From an uncultured Lachnospiraceae bacterium (GTDB lineage Bacteria; Bacillota; Clostridia; Lachnospirales; Lachnospiraceae), in NCBI GenBank assembly GCA_910578475.1, contig CAJTRK010000008.1, positions 31,082-95,081 on the forward strand: a DNA stretch of 64,000 nt. Reading direction: 5' to 3'. The translations under genes were made by a program, and so were the position numbers. Numbering within the stretch: position 1 is the first letter of the stretch; every line of letters starts with the position of its first letter. This document shows positions 18,234 to 26,996 of this stretch, piece by piece. The notes under the pieces are model-generated. The model did no database searches and had not been told where the DNA came from. It saw nothing but the letters and a program-made list of their open reading frames with translations.

Positions 18234-19246
18234 GCGGGGAAACTGAAGTATTTTCGAATTTCATATCATTGGGTTCAGCCTGTCAGACCGCGTCATCGAT
18301 GGAAAAATACGGATTAAGAGGCTGGTCGGGTCCTTTCGACTGGCTGGTCACTGACAGCCTGCAATGGGTACTGCATTACATGGAAACGGATTTTGCAGAT
18401 TTTCTGAAAAAGGAGAATCTGGAGCGCTGTCAGGAAAATCCAAAGACTTTTGTTGAAAGAAAAAGTGGGTTTATCTTTCGCCATGACCATGAATATCCGT
18501 TTGAGGATAAGTATGACAAATTAAAAGAAAAATATCAGAAAAAAATTGACCGGTTTCAAGAAGAAACGGTAAAGAAAACCTGTTTTCTCCGCACGGTCAT
18601 CAGTTCGGATGAAGTAAAATATATTGCCCGGAATTATGAATATATAAACGATATTATCAAAAGAAAGAATACCGAAAACGAAATTATTTTCTTATTGAGA
18701 CCGGACGCAGTAATCTGTGAACCGATTCCATTCCGGTATTATGTGATGCCAGGAAAGTGGAATGGCGGGCCGAACGCGGTCATCAGGAGCTGGTTTGACG
18801 GTGCGGATGAATTTCTGGAATATTGTATACGGCGTTATGATGTGATGACGCTCATGAAAAACATTGTATTTGACAGGAATAAACAGGAGAAAACATTTCA
18901 TAATACACAGACAAGATACCAGACATTACTGAAATTGACAGATTGTGATTTCCAAAAGATAGAAGTTCCTGAAAGCATTATTATCTATGGCGCAGGAAAC
19001 ATCGGCAGAAAATTTTATGAAAAAATAAAGGGAAAGTGTCATGTGGAGTGCTTTGTTGATAAAGACTGCGCAGGTAAAAGCATAGACAAAATACCGGTGC
19101 TGAAGCTGGAAGAAGCCGGAAGAGGAGAAAAGTTAATCTATATCGTTACGCCGACATATGATTTTCAGAAGATATATGAGGATATAAAAGCGCACGATGA
19201 CAGCGCGGAAATTATCTCATTAGACAGTATTCTGGGAAAAAACTGA
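18230..19246 (+). CDS. DUF1796-like (putative papain-like fold) protein with a C-terminal Rossmann-like module
   Basis: The N-terminus FISLGSACQTASSMEKYGLRGWSGPFDWLVTD resembles the DUF1796 signature. The C-terminus IIIYGAGNIGRKFYEKIKGKCHVECFVDKD...IPVL is the recurrent module. Its start overlaps the upstream stop. Confidence 0.5.
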   Translation: MSGETEVFSNFISLGSACQTASSMEKYGLRGWSGPFDWLVTDSLQWVLHYMETDFADFLKKENLERCQENPKTFVERKSGFIFRHDHEYPFEDKYDKLKEKYQKKIDRFQEETVKKTCFLRTVISSDEVKYIARNYEYINDIIKRKNTENEIIFLLRPDAVICEPIPFRYYVMPGKWNGGPNAVIRSWFDGADEFLEYCIRRYDVMTLMKNIVFDRNKQEKTFHNTQTRYQTLLKLTDCDFQKIEVPESIIIYGAGNIGRKFYEKIKGKCHVECFVDKDCAGKSIDKIPVLKLEEAGRGEKLIYIVTPTYDFQKIYEDIKAHDDSAEIISLDSILGKN

Positions 19247-19266
19247 ATGGATAAGAGGGAACAAAA

Positions 19267-20310
19267 ATGTCTGAAAAAAGCAATTGGCAGTTATTCTGTC
19301 AAAAATTGGATGATGTATTAAAAGAAACTTTGGATAAAGATATTATTATTTTTGGAAGCAATCCAGGCGGGGAATTTGTCAGGTGGTTTTATGAAACTTT
19401 TTATCACAAACAGGTAACGGCAGTAGTAGACCGTTGGAATCTGGATACCCATTATCAGGTGCACCATTTGATGTCATTGTACTATTTATGGACGGAGAAG
19501 GCCGTTATTATAAACACATTACCTGAGGATATCGGGCCGGAGAAAGAATTTAATGCGATAGGAGAAAACTGGGAGCGGACGGCATGGAAAAAAGAACAGA
19601 TTGTACCTCTTTATAAGGAAATTTTCGAGGAGGGGGGGGCAAGTAAGGACAGATATATAACATTTTACGACTGGCTGGAAGCAGAGCTTTCCTTAGATAT
19701 TTTAACATCTGTTCGAAGAGCCGATGTAAAAGGGAAAGAAAGTCACGGATACTATCCGACAGATTTTAGAATGATTTTGGAAGCGGCCGATACCGGCATA
19801 TTCGATAAGGATGCCGGCATCATGGATTTTGGATGTGGAAAGGGCGCGGCGATGATGGCGCTCAGAAATTGCGGATTTCGAAAAATTGCGGGAATTGAAT
19901 TTACAGATAGCATTTATGATATTATGTGTGATAATTTCAAAAAATCAGGGTATTGTGTAGAAAAGTGTACGAATGAGACAGTTCATAAAGAAGGCTTGCG
20001 TGAGGATATGTTTTATTGTTATTCGGGAGACGCGTCGGCTTTAAAAGAGGAGCTGGATAATTATCAGAATTTTTATTTCTTTAATCCGTTTTCTTATGAA
20101 TTGACAAGAAGGGTTCTGGGAAATATACTGGACAGCCTGGAACGAAAGCCGAGAAAGATGGCAGTTTTTTATGCAGAACCTATGTGCCACAGCATAATCA
20201 TGCAATCCGGTAAATTTGAACTTGTAAAGAAAATAGACAGATTTTTGGGCGGGGCAACTTATAGCGCTTATCTATATGAAACTTTTTATGATAGAAACTT
20301 TTGTCAGTGA
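19267..20310 (+). CDS. Class I SAM-dependent methyltransferase with an N-terminal Rossmann-like module; contains an in-frame G8 tract
   Basis: IMDFGCGKGAAMMALRNCGFRKIAGIEF is a motif-I type SAM-binding loop. The N-terminus reads IIIFGSNPGGEFVRWF...VVDRWN. The G8 tract lies at 19632-19639. Confidence 0.6.
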   Translation: MSEKSNWQLFCQKLDDVLKETLDKDIIIFGSNPGGEFVRWFYETFYHKQVTAVVDRWNLDTHYQVHHLMSLYYLWTEKAVIINTLPEDIGPEKEFNAIGENWERTAWKKEQIVPLYKEIFEEGGASKDRYITFYDWLEAELSLDILTSVRRADVKGKESHGYYPTDFRMILEAADTGIFDKDAGIMDFGCGKGAAMMALRNCGFRKIAGIEFTDSIYDIMCDNFKKSGYCVEKCTNETVHKEGLREDMFYCYSGDASALKEELDNYQNFYFFNPFSYELTRRVLGNILDSLERKPRKMAVFYAEPMCHSIIMQSGKFELVKKIDRFLGGATYSAYLYETFYDRNFCQ

Positions 20311-20370
20311 TATCCATATTAACAGCATGGTAATGTATGATAAAGCGGATGAAAGGAAAGTGAGGATACA

Positions 20371-22602
20371 ATGGTAAGAAGAGACATAACACAATTGGCT
20401 GTATGTGAGACACAACAGGAATTGGACAGTGTTCCTTTTGAGTGTTTGAGAAAATTTTATTTAGACAAGACATCGGAAATTATTTATTTTACAAAAGAGA
20501 AAAAGCTTTATGGGATTGTATGTACGCGTGAGGCGGTTAGCGGCAAAGATATTATAACAATTAATAAGTCTTTTACGGTTTTACAGGAAGGTGATATTGT
20601 AAAAGCCTGCAGAACATTTCAGTCAAGAAAAACAAGGATACATAAAATACCCATTGTCAACGCGCAGGGGGAATTAGTCGGCGATTATTCCAGTTGGGAC
20701 GATATGCTTTATATTGAAAGAAATCGAAACAGGTTAATGCGGAAAGAATCTGTAAAAAAGGTATTGGGAATCTATCATAAAATATACATGGTGAAATCCA
20801 TTGCCGAAAAGCTTCCGGTTTATATCCAACTGACAGGTTATTTAGAGCGTTTTGGCATTGAATATTTGCCATTGGATAAAGAGCAGATTGCAGGGAAGCT
20901 GTCAGAGAAGGCCTGTTTTATCTTTGTGGATGAGGATGAGAGAAGGGGAACAGAGTGTCTGTTCCAAATTGAACCTTGTTTTTATGATATTCGGGGAAAG
21001 TACATTTACGAATATGATATGCTGGCAAGTGCATTTGATAACTTAAAGTTCGTGACGTACAAAAGCCTGATGGTGCAGATAATGTACAATAATCAGTTTG
21101 AAACATTACAGGTGAAAAAGCCTGACAGTGTATATAGTGATTTGGTAGACGATAAAGTTTCATTTTTACTATCGGCATTGAATAAACGAGGCGTGAATTG
21201 TTTTTGTATATATAATTTTGAGGATAAAGATGTAATATCTGATTATTGTAAAGAATTTCAGAATGAAGTAAAAGAAAGAATGGCTAAATTTCCCAGAAAG
21301 CTTAAAAAGCCCTGGCCGCAAAAAGATGAAAATCCGGATTTTTTTGATGATTTATATCAAAATCCGGATTATGAAAAAGAAATTGTACAGAGAGAGACTT
21401 TTTTTCAGCTGACTGCATATGAGTATAAAAATGGCATTGAAGGTAAATACTGCAATGCAAAAAATGGCAGAAGGGTAACCTGCTTTCAGCCTGAAGAATA
21501 TATTGGAACAATCTATACTTTTGGCAGATGTATGATGTTAGGAGTATATGCGGAAGACCAGAATGCAATTACAAGTATTTTGCAGAAAAAGCTGATGGAA
21601 GCCGGATACGCATATCGGGTAGAAAATTGTGCAGATATGGTGAGGGCAGACTGTTCCATCGATGAAAGATTGCGTGAAATAGGTAAATTTAACCAAAATG
21701 ATATTATTGTTTTCTTTTCATCGCCGCCACACAGGTGTGTTGGTATACAAGGGATAGCATTAGAGCAAATTTTTGAAAAACATCAGATTCCAAGTACATG
21801 GGTAGAAGATACGGAATATGGACATTGCAATCATAAGGCAAATCGGATTATAGCTGATGAAATTTTGGAAATGGTAAAGCCCTGCCTTGTAAATAAACCG
21901 GAAACAAACGACAGAGAAGTGCAGTTTTGTATTCACGAAGAAATGAAGAATTATGTGTATCATAGATATATAGAACATTATTTTTCAGATTTTGCCGGTG
22001 GGAAATATGCTTCGGTTGGCGCAATCGTTATGGATTGCGACCCTTTTAGTATTGAGCACCGTTATTGGATAGAATGGGCAAGCAGACAGGTTGAGTTTTT
22101 AATTTTATTCATATTCGAGAGAGACGTGTTAACATTTTCTTTTGAAGAACGATATAAGATGGTCATAGAAGGAACAAAGGATATCGATAATATTATGGTT
22201 GTACCGAGTGGAGCGTGTATTCTTTCCGATGTAACGTTTCTGGAGTATTTTTCTGGAGATAAAAATGCGGTGATATATAATGCCAGAAATGACCTTAATG
22301 TATTTGCGGATTATATTGCGGAACTTCTTCATATTACACATCGCTTCGTAGGGAATGAAACAGAGCGGGAGAGCGTGAAAATTTATAATGAAGAGATGAA
22401 ACGGATTTTGCCGCAAAAGGGAATCAGTTGTGTTGAAATGCCGGCAATGCCGCAGGGTCAAGCTGTCTGTGCGCCTAAAGCAATAAGGTATTTAAGAAAT
22501 AAGGAATATGATAAAGCGTTTGAACTGCTTCCGGAAACAACTCAAAAATATATTATGAATCATCTTTATTTAACGGAAGAACTGAAAAGTCAGGCAGAAT
22601 GA
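20371..22602 (+). CDS. 743-aa multidomain protein: CBS-like N-terminus, an unknown central region and a CitC-type (citrate lyase ligase-like) nucleotidyltransferase/ligase C-terminal domain
   Basis: The C-terminal GAIVMDCDPFSIEHRYWIEWASRQVEFLILFIF...SFEERYKMVIEGTKDIDNIMVVPSGACILSDVTFLEYF...THRFVGNE aligns by eye with E. coli CitC (GAIVMNANPFTLGHRYL...LHLF...THRFVG). The N-terminal GELVGDYS-type segment looks CBS-like. Confidence 0.6.
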   Translation: MVRRDITQLAVCETQQELDSVPFECLRKFYLDKTSEIIYFTKEKKLYGIVCTREAVSGKDIITINKSFTVLQEGDIVKACRTFQSRKTRIHKIPIVNAQGELVGDYSSWDDMLYIERNRNRLMRKESVKKVLGIYHKIYMVKSIAEKLPVYIQLTGYLERFGIEYLPLDKEQIAGKLSEKACFIFVDEDERRGTECLFQIEPCFYDIRGKYIYEYDMLASAFDNLKFVTYKSLMVQIMYNNQFETLQVKKPDSVYSDLVDDKVSFLLSALNKRGVNCFCIYNFEDKDVISDYCKEFQNEVKERMAKFPRKLKKPWPQKDENPDFFDDLYQNPDYEKEIVQRETFFQLTAYEYKNGIEGKYCNAKNGRRVTCFQPEEYIGTIYTFGRCMMLGVYAEDQNAITSILQKKLMEAGYAYRVENCADMVRADCSIDERLREIGKFNQNDIIVFFSSPPHRCVGIQGIALEQIFEKHQIPSTWVEDTEYGHCNHKANRIIADEILEMVKPCLVNKPETNDREVQFCIHEEMKNYVYHRYIEHYFSDFAGGKYASVGAIVMDCDPFSIEHRYWIEWASRQVEFLILFIFERDVLTFSFEERYKMVIEGTKDIDNIMVVPSGACILSDVTFLEYFSGDKNAVIYNARNDLNVFADYIAELLHITHRFVGNETERESVKIYNEEMKRILPQKGISCVEMPAMPQGQAVCAPKAIRYLRNKEYDKAFELLPETTQKYIMNHLYLTEELKSQAE

Positions 22603-22628
22603 TTTACATTATAAGGAGGATGGAAACA

Positions 22629-22862
22629 ATGGAAGAGAGAATATTAAAAATATTGGAAGAACAGTGTGAGGAAGTATTGGATTATGATGGTGATAATATG
22701 ATGGAAGACGGCGTCATAGATTCTTTTACTGTTCTGGATATAATAAATGGCTTAGAAGAAGAATTTGATATCGAAATCGATGCAGATTATGTAATAGCGG
22801 AAAACCTAAAAAATAAAGATACAATTATTGCATTGGTCAGAAAAGTGTTGGCGGAAAATTGA
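22629..22862 (+). CDS. Acyl/peptidyl carrier protein (ACP/DltC-like, 77 aa)
   Basis: GVIDSFTVLDIINGLEEEFDIEIDADYV corresponds to the ACP DSL(D)TVELV..LEEEF phosphopantetheine-attachment helix. The candidate Ser codon is at 22722-22724. AAGGAGG lies 9 nt before the ATG at 22629. Confidence 0.7.
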   Translation: MEERILKILEEQCEEVLDYDGDNMMEDGVIDSFTVLDIINGLEEEFDIEIDADYVIAENLKNKDTIIALVRKVLAEN

Positions 22863-23074
22863 CGAGTTTATACATCGGAAGAGAAAAAGAGCCCGAACGC
22901 TTAGCAGTAATTATAAATACTCTGCCCAATAATTTAGGACCTGAGAATGAATTTGGTAATATAGGAGAGGTATGGGAGCGGACAGCATGGAAAGATGAAC
23001 AGATTATATCATTGTATGAAGAAATTTTTCCAAACAGCAGATTTGGGATATGGGCAAGTTTTATATATCACTAA
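22859..23074 (+). pseudogene. Remnant of a paralogue of the 19267..20310 methyltransferase gene
   Basis: AVIINTLPNNLGPENEFGNIGEVWERTAWKDEQIISLYEEIF aligns with AVIINTLPEDIGPEKEFNAIGENWERTAWKKEQIVPLYKEIF (19489-19640). It has no plausible start or RBS and lacks both flanking domains. Confidence 0.6.
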
Positions 23075-23098
23075 TATTATTTGATATGCTGCCGATAT
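23072..23098 (+). promoter_or_regulatory. Candidate sigma-D-like promoter inside the island
   Basis: TAAT (23072-23075), a 15-nt spacer, then GCCGATAT (23091-23098). The -10 is an 8/8 match to consensus and the -35 matches 3 of 4. Confidence 0.4.
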
Positions 23099-23151
23099 AT
23101 ACTTTAGCAAGGATTGCGATAGTGTTGCACGGAGGCAGAATAGCATTGAGT

Positions 23152-23196
23152 AAAACCTGTTATGCGTGTATTAATGCAATAACAGGTTTTTGTTTA
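23152..23196 (+). terminator. Intrinsic-terminator-like hairpin in the 200-nt gap before the TagF-like gene
   Basis: AAAACCTGTTAT, a 15-nt loop, then ATAACAGGTTTT, followed by TGTTTAT. The stem is a perfect 12 bp. Confidence 0.6.
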
Positions 23197-23273
23197 TGTT
23201 AATTGAATTCACAGTCTGATATGAGCATTTCACAATCACCTGATTCAAATTTAATAAAAAGGAACGGTATTTT

Positions 23274-25844
23274 ATGCGTAAGTTTCAGAAACAGCAGTTG
23301 TTAGATATTATTACAAGCCTGCATATTCTTCATCAGGAGAGTAAGGAAAAATTTGAGGAGAAAGATTATCCGACAATCCGTACAGCGCTGGCTGACTCTC
23401 AGGAAGCGGCAATTCAACTGGGTGAGGCTATTGAGAGAATGACGGGGAACGGAACAAAGGCGGTTGAATGTCTGGAAAAATACTGCGAGAAACTGTATCA
23501 GATAAGCATACAATTGGAAGAAATCTCCGCACAGAAGTTTTATAAGTCTTTAGAAGGCATATTGATAAAGGCTGAAAATGAAATTAATCATATTCCGGTT
23601 AGAAAAGAAATCGTATTCCTGCCGTACAAGGCGAGTATGTGGGATTCCCTGGAAAGTGTTTATCTGACAGCTAGAGAAGATAATAACTGTGATGTCTATG
23701 TTGTGCCGATTCCTTATTATGACAGAAGGGCTGACGGGAGCCTGGGGGAACTGCACTATGAAGGAAGCGAATATCCGAAGGATATAGTTATTACTGATTA
23801 CAGAGCGTATAATCTTGAAGAAAGACACCCGGATGTTATTTATATACATAATCCTTATGATGGCTGGAATAACGTAACCTGTCTGCCGGAATATTATTTT
23901 TGTAAGAATTTGCGAAATTTTACCGATTGTTTAGTGTATATACCTTATTTTATATTGGATGAAATAGAACCGAATGATAAAAACGGCGTGGAGAAGATGA
24001 AGCATTTTTGTTTTCTCCCAGGGGTTATATATTCACATAAAGTTATTGTGCAGTCTGAAAAGATGCGTCAGATTTATATTAACGAGTATGCCAGACAGGC
24101 AAAGGCACTTGGTTTGCCGGTTGATATGAAAGCGCTGGAAGAAAATATTTATGGGATTGGTTCACCGAAGCTTGATAAGGTACATAGCGTAAAGAAGGAT
24201 GAGCTGGAAATCCCGGCCGAGTGGCTCGGGATGATAGAGAAGCCTGACGGTTCATGGAAAAAAATAATTTTTTATAACACGAGCATTAACGCATTATTAA
24301 AATCTGATGAGAAGATGCTGGAAAAGATGCAGTCAGTGTTTGCATATTTTAAAGAAGTGCAGGAAGATATAACTCTTTTGTGGCGGCCGCATCCTCTGAT
24401 ACCAAATACGATTAAATCTATGAGACCTGTATTATGGGACAAATATAAGAAAATCGTAGAAAGATACAGGCAGGAAAACTGGGGAATCTATGATGACAGT
24501 TCCGATATGGACAGAGCCATAGCGCTCAGCGATGGGTATTATGGGGATTACAGCAGTATTGTACATTTGTATAAGGAAACAGGAAAACCGATTCTTCTGC
24601 AGGATGTAAATGTTACTTTTGAAAATTACGCAAAGGGGAGTAACTTATTTGTATCCAGTCCTATGTGGAATATAGAGAATAATAAGGCATGGTTTGTAAG
24701 TGAAGAATACAATATGCTGTTTTATGCCGAAATGGATACTGCCCAATGTGAGTTTGAGGCTGCGATACCGTACAAAGGCAGACGAGCATACAGAATGACG
24801 CCAAGATGTATGAAATGCGGCGACTGTATTTTTTGTATGCCGGATGATGGCGAATGTATAATGGTTTATCAGTGCAGCAGTCGGGAATTTTATGAGATTG
24901 AAATCGATAATCCCGATAAAGTGCGTCTTGGCATCGCCTATTTTTGGATGTATGAAGATAAGATATTTGCATTTTCCATAGGACTTAAAAAACTGATAGA
25001 GATAGATATCAGCCGAAGGAAAATAAATCATTATTTTTCATTCGATGTAAGTATAATGCCAGCCATAGAAGTGGCGGGAACGGAAATATACAGCCTTTTG
25101 AATCAGTCGGGATGTATTATATGCTTTGATATGATGAAAAAGGAAAGCATTTCATATATGCTGCCGGACATCGGAAAAGAATTTTATACACTTAGTTTCG
25201 ATGGAGAGAAGTTTTGGATGAGCGGCGCCTGTAAAGAAGTATATATTTGGAACAGAGAGGAAAATACAATTGAAACCATTGGGGGATTTCCTCCGGACTT
25301 TGGGATTTATAAAACTGTTGATAACGGAAACGGCGAAGAAATTGTTTTGGATTGTGAGAGCGAAGAATATGATGTGTGTGCATTTGCATATTCGATTGCC
25401 GCGGAAGGATATATATGGTTAATACCCTGTTGGACGAATAAGATATTGTATGTCAATCAAAATACATATGAAGTTAAAGCTTTGGAGATAGAGCATGAGG
25501 AGGAAACGGCATTAAGCGTAAAGAGAAATAATTTTTTCAGCGGCAGGTATATCCTGGAATATGTCAGGGAAAACCGATACATAGGGCTTTATTCCTATAA
25601 AAACAGATGTGTTTTTGAAATAGATGCCAGAGAAATCAATGTAAAGGAATATAACTATTATTTTAGCGAAGCGTGTTTACGGGAAGTGAAAAGTGCTGTT
25701 GCAGAAGAAAATACAGTTTATGAAAATAATATGCTTAATCTGACGAATTATTTTAATCAGCTGTTAGAGGATGATACAGCAAATGGCGGAACAGATTATG
25801 AAAATGCCGGAATAAATATCCATAAAGAAATGATGAAATACTGA
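23274..25844 (+). CDS. TagB/TagF-family (CDP-alditol phosphotransferase-like) protein with a C-terminal extension of about 400 aa of unknown fold
   Basis: The 856-aa product has IVFLPYKASMWDSLESVY, VIYIHNPYDGWNNVT, LVYIPYF and IGSPKLDK, which resemble the TagF-family core. The C-terminal half is Cys- and aromatic-rich and repetitive (possibly a beta-propeller). Assignment is from motif memory only. Confidence 0.5.
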   Translation: MRKFQKQQLLDIITSLHILHQESKEKFEEKDYPTIRTALADSQEAAIQLGEAIERMTGNGTKAVECLEKYCEKLYQISIQLEEISAQKFYKSLEGILIKAENEINHIPVRKEIVFLPYKASMWDSLESVYLTAREDNNCDVYVVPIPYYDRRADGSLGELHYEGSEYPKDIVITDYRAYNLEERHPDVIYIHNPYDGWNNVTCLPEYYFCKNLRNFTDCLVYIPYFILDEIEPNDKNGVEKMKHFCFLPGVIYSHKVIVQSEKMRQIYINEYARQAKALGLPVDMKALEENIYGIGSPKLDKVHSVKKDELEIPAEWLGMIEKPDGSWKKIIFYNTSINALLKSDEKMLEKMQSVFAYFKEVQEDITLLWRPHPLIPNTIKSMRPVLWDKYKKIVERYRQENWGIYDDSSDMDRAIALSDGYYGDYSSIVHLYKETGKPILLQDVNVTFENYAKGSNLFVSSPMWNIENNKAWFVSEEYNMLFYAEMDTAQCEFEAAIPYKGRRAYRMTPRCMKCGDCIFCMPDDGECIMVYQCSSREFYEIEIDNPDKVRLGIAYFWMYEDKIFAFSIGLKKLIEIDISRRKINHYFSFDVSIMPAIEVAGTEIYSLLNQSGCIICFDMMKKESISYMLPDIGKEFYTLSFDGEKFWMSGACKEVYIWNREENTIETIGGFPPDFGIYKTVDNGNGEEIVLDCESEEYDVCAFAYSIAAEGYIWLIPCWTNKILYVNQNTYEVKALEIEHEEETALSVKRNNFFSGRYILEYVRENRYIGLYSYKNRCVFEIDAREINVKEYNYYFSEACLREVKSAVAEENTVYENNMLNLTNYFNQLLEDDTANGGTDYENAGINIHKEMMKY

Positions 25845-25850
25845 GAAGGT

Positions 25851-26996
25851 ATGACAATGAGAGTGGTAATTTTAGCAGATGCAGACAGTATTTATTGTAA
25901 GGAATATATAGAGTATGTTCTTCTGGAGAAATATGAAGTACTGATTATAACCGGCTGTAATAAAAGATATCGTCAGTATTACAGGGAGAACGGTGTAAAA
26001 GTGCTTATCTGGATGCCGCCGCAGACACTGGAAGAAAGACTTGCGGACAGAATTTCGGACAAAATAAGACGTGATGATATATTTCATGTGCATTATGTAG
26101 AACCGCGTATTTTGAAATATTTCTGGAAGCCCTGGATAAAGTGCAGGAAACGCATACTGACATATTGGGGGAGCGACTTGCTCAGGCTTCCGCTTAAACA
26201 GATACGTTCTATGTGGCCATTTATTTATACTGCCAATGATATTATCGTGATGGATAATCATATGCGCAGAAAAATGAAGGCAGTAGTGTCAAAGCGGAAA
26301 TGGAACAGCGTAAAAAGCATTCCGCTCGGGATTCCGATGTTTGATACAATTGATGAAGTGTCAAAACGGATGTCTGTAAATGCGTGTAAACAGCATTTTG
26401 AACTGCCTGTTGATAAAATCATTGTATCGGTCGGGTATAATGCAGCCCGTGAACAGCAGCATTTGGAAATGATGCGAGAGGTAGTGAAGCTGCCGGAAGA
26501 ACTTTTAGATAAGATGTTTTTTGTATTTCATTTTGGTTACGGCGCAAAAGATACAGCTTATTGCAGGCAGTTATATAAACTGATGGAAGAAAACAATGTA
26601 CCTTATAAAGTACTGGAACAGTTTTTGGATAAGCATGAAACATCTGTTCTGCGGTTGAGCACAGACATCTTTTTATATGGACAGACTACGGATGCGATGT
26701 CGTCGAGCGTACTTGAATGTTTATATGCAGGCGCAGTATTGATAAAGCCGCAATGGCTTGACTATTCGGAGTTAAAAGGGATTAGCTTTTATGAGTATCA
26801 GCAGTTTGGTGAAATAAACGGCATTCTTGAAAATTTAATAGAAAAGGGCATAGACAGGATGCCGCAGAACAGGAAACCACTTTGGGAACAACAGTCATGG
26901 GATGTGCTTGTGCCGAGATGGAAAGCATTGTATAAGGAGAAAGCAAATGGCAAACGAAGAGGAAAGGTACATATGGCTAAACGGAGATATCGTTAA
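25851..26996 (+). CDS. Hypothetical protein, possibly a GT-B-fold glycosyltransferase
   Basis: MRVVILADADSIY...VLIITG, ILTYWGSDLL and SSSVLECLYAGAVLIKP look weakly GT4-like. Its 3-prime end overlaps the next gene by 50 nt. Confidence 0.3.
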   Translation: MTMRVVILADADSIYCKEYIEYVLLEKYEVLIITGCNKRYRQYYRENGVKVLIWMPPQTLEERLADRISDKIRRDDIFHVHYVEPRILKYFWKPWIKCRKRILTYWGSDLLRLPLKQIRSMWPFIYTANDIIVMDNHMRRKMKAVVSKRKWNSVKSIPLGIPMFDTIDEVSKRMSVNACKQHFELPVDKIIVSVGYNAAREQQHLEMMREVVKLPEELLDKMFFVFHFGYGAKDTAYCRQLYKLMEENNVPYKVLEQFLDKHETSVLRLSTDIFLYGQTTDAMSSSVLECLYAGAVLIKPQWLDYSELKGISFYEYQQFGEINGILENLIEKGIDRMPQNRKPLWEQQSWDVLVPRWKALYKEKANGKRRGKVHMAKRRYR

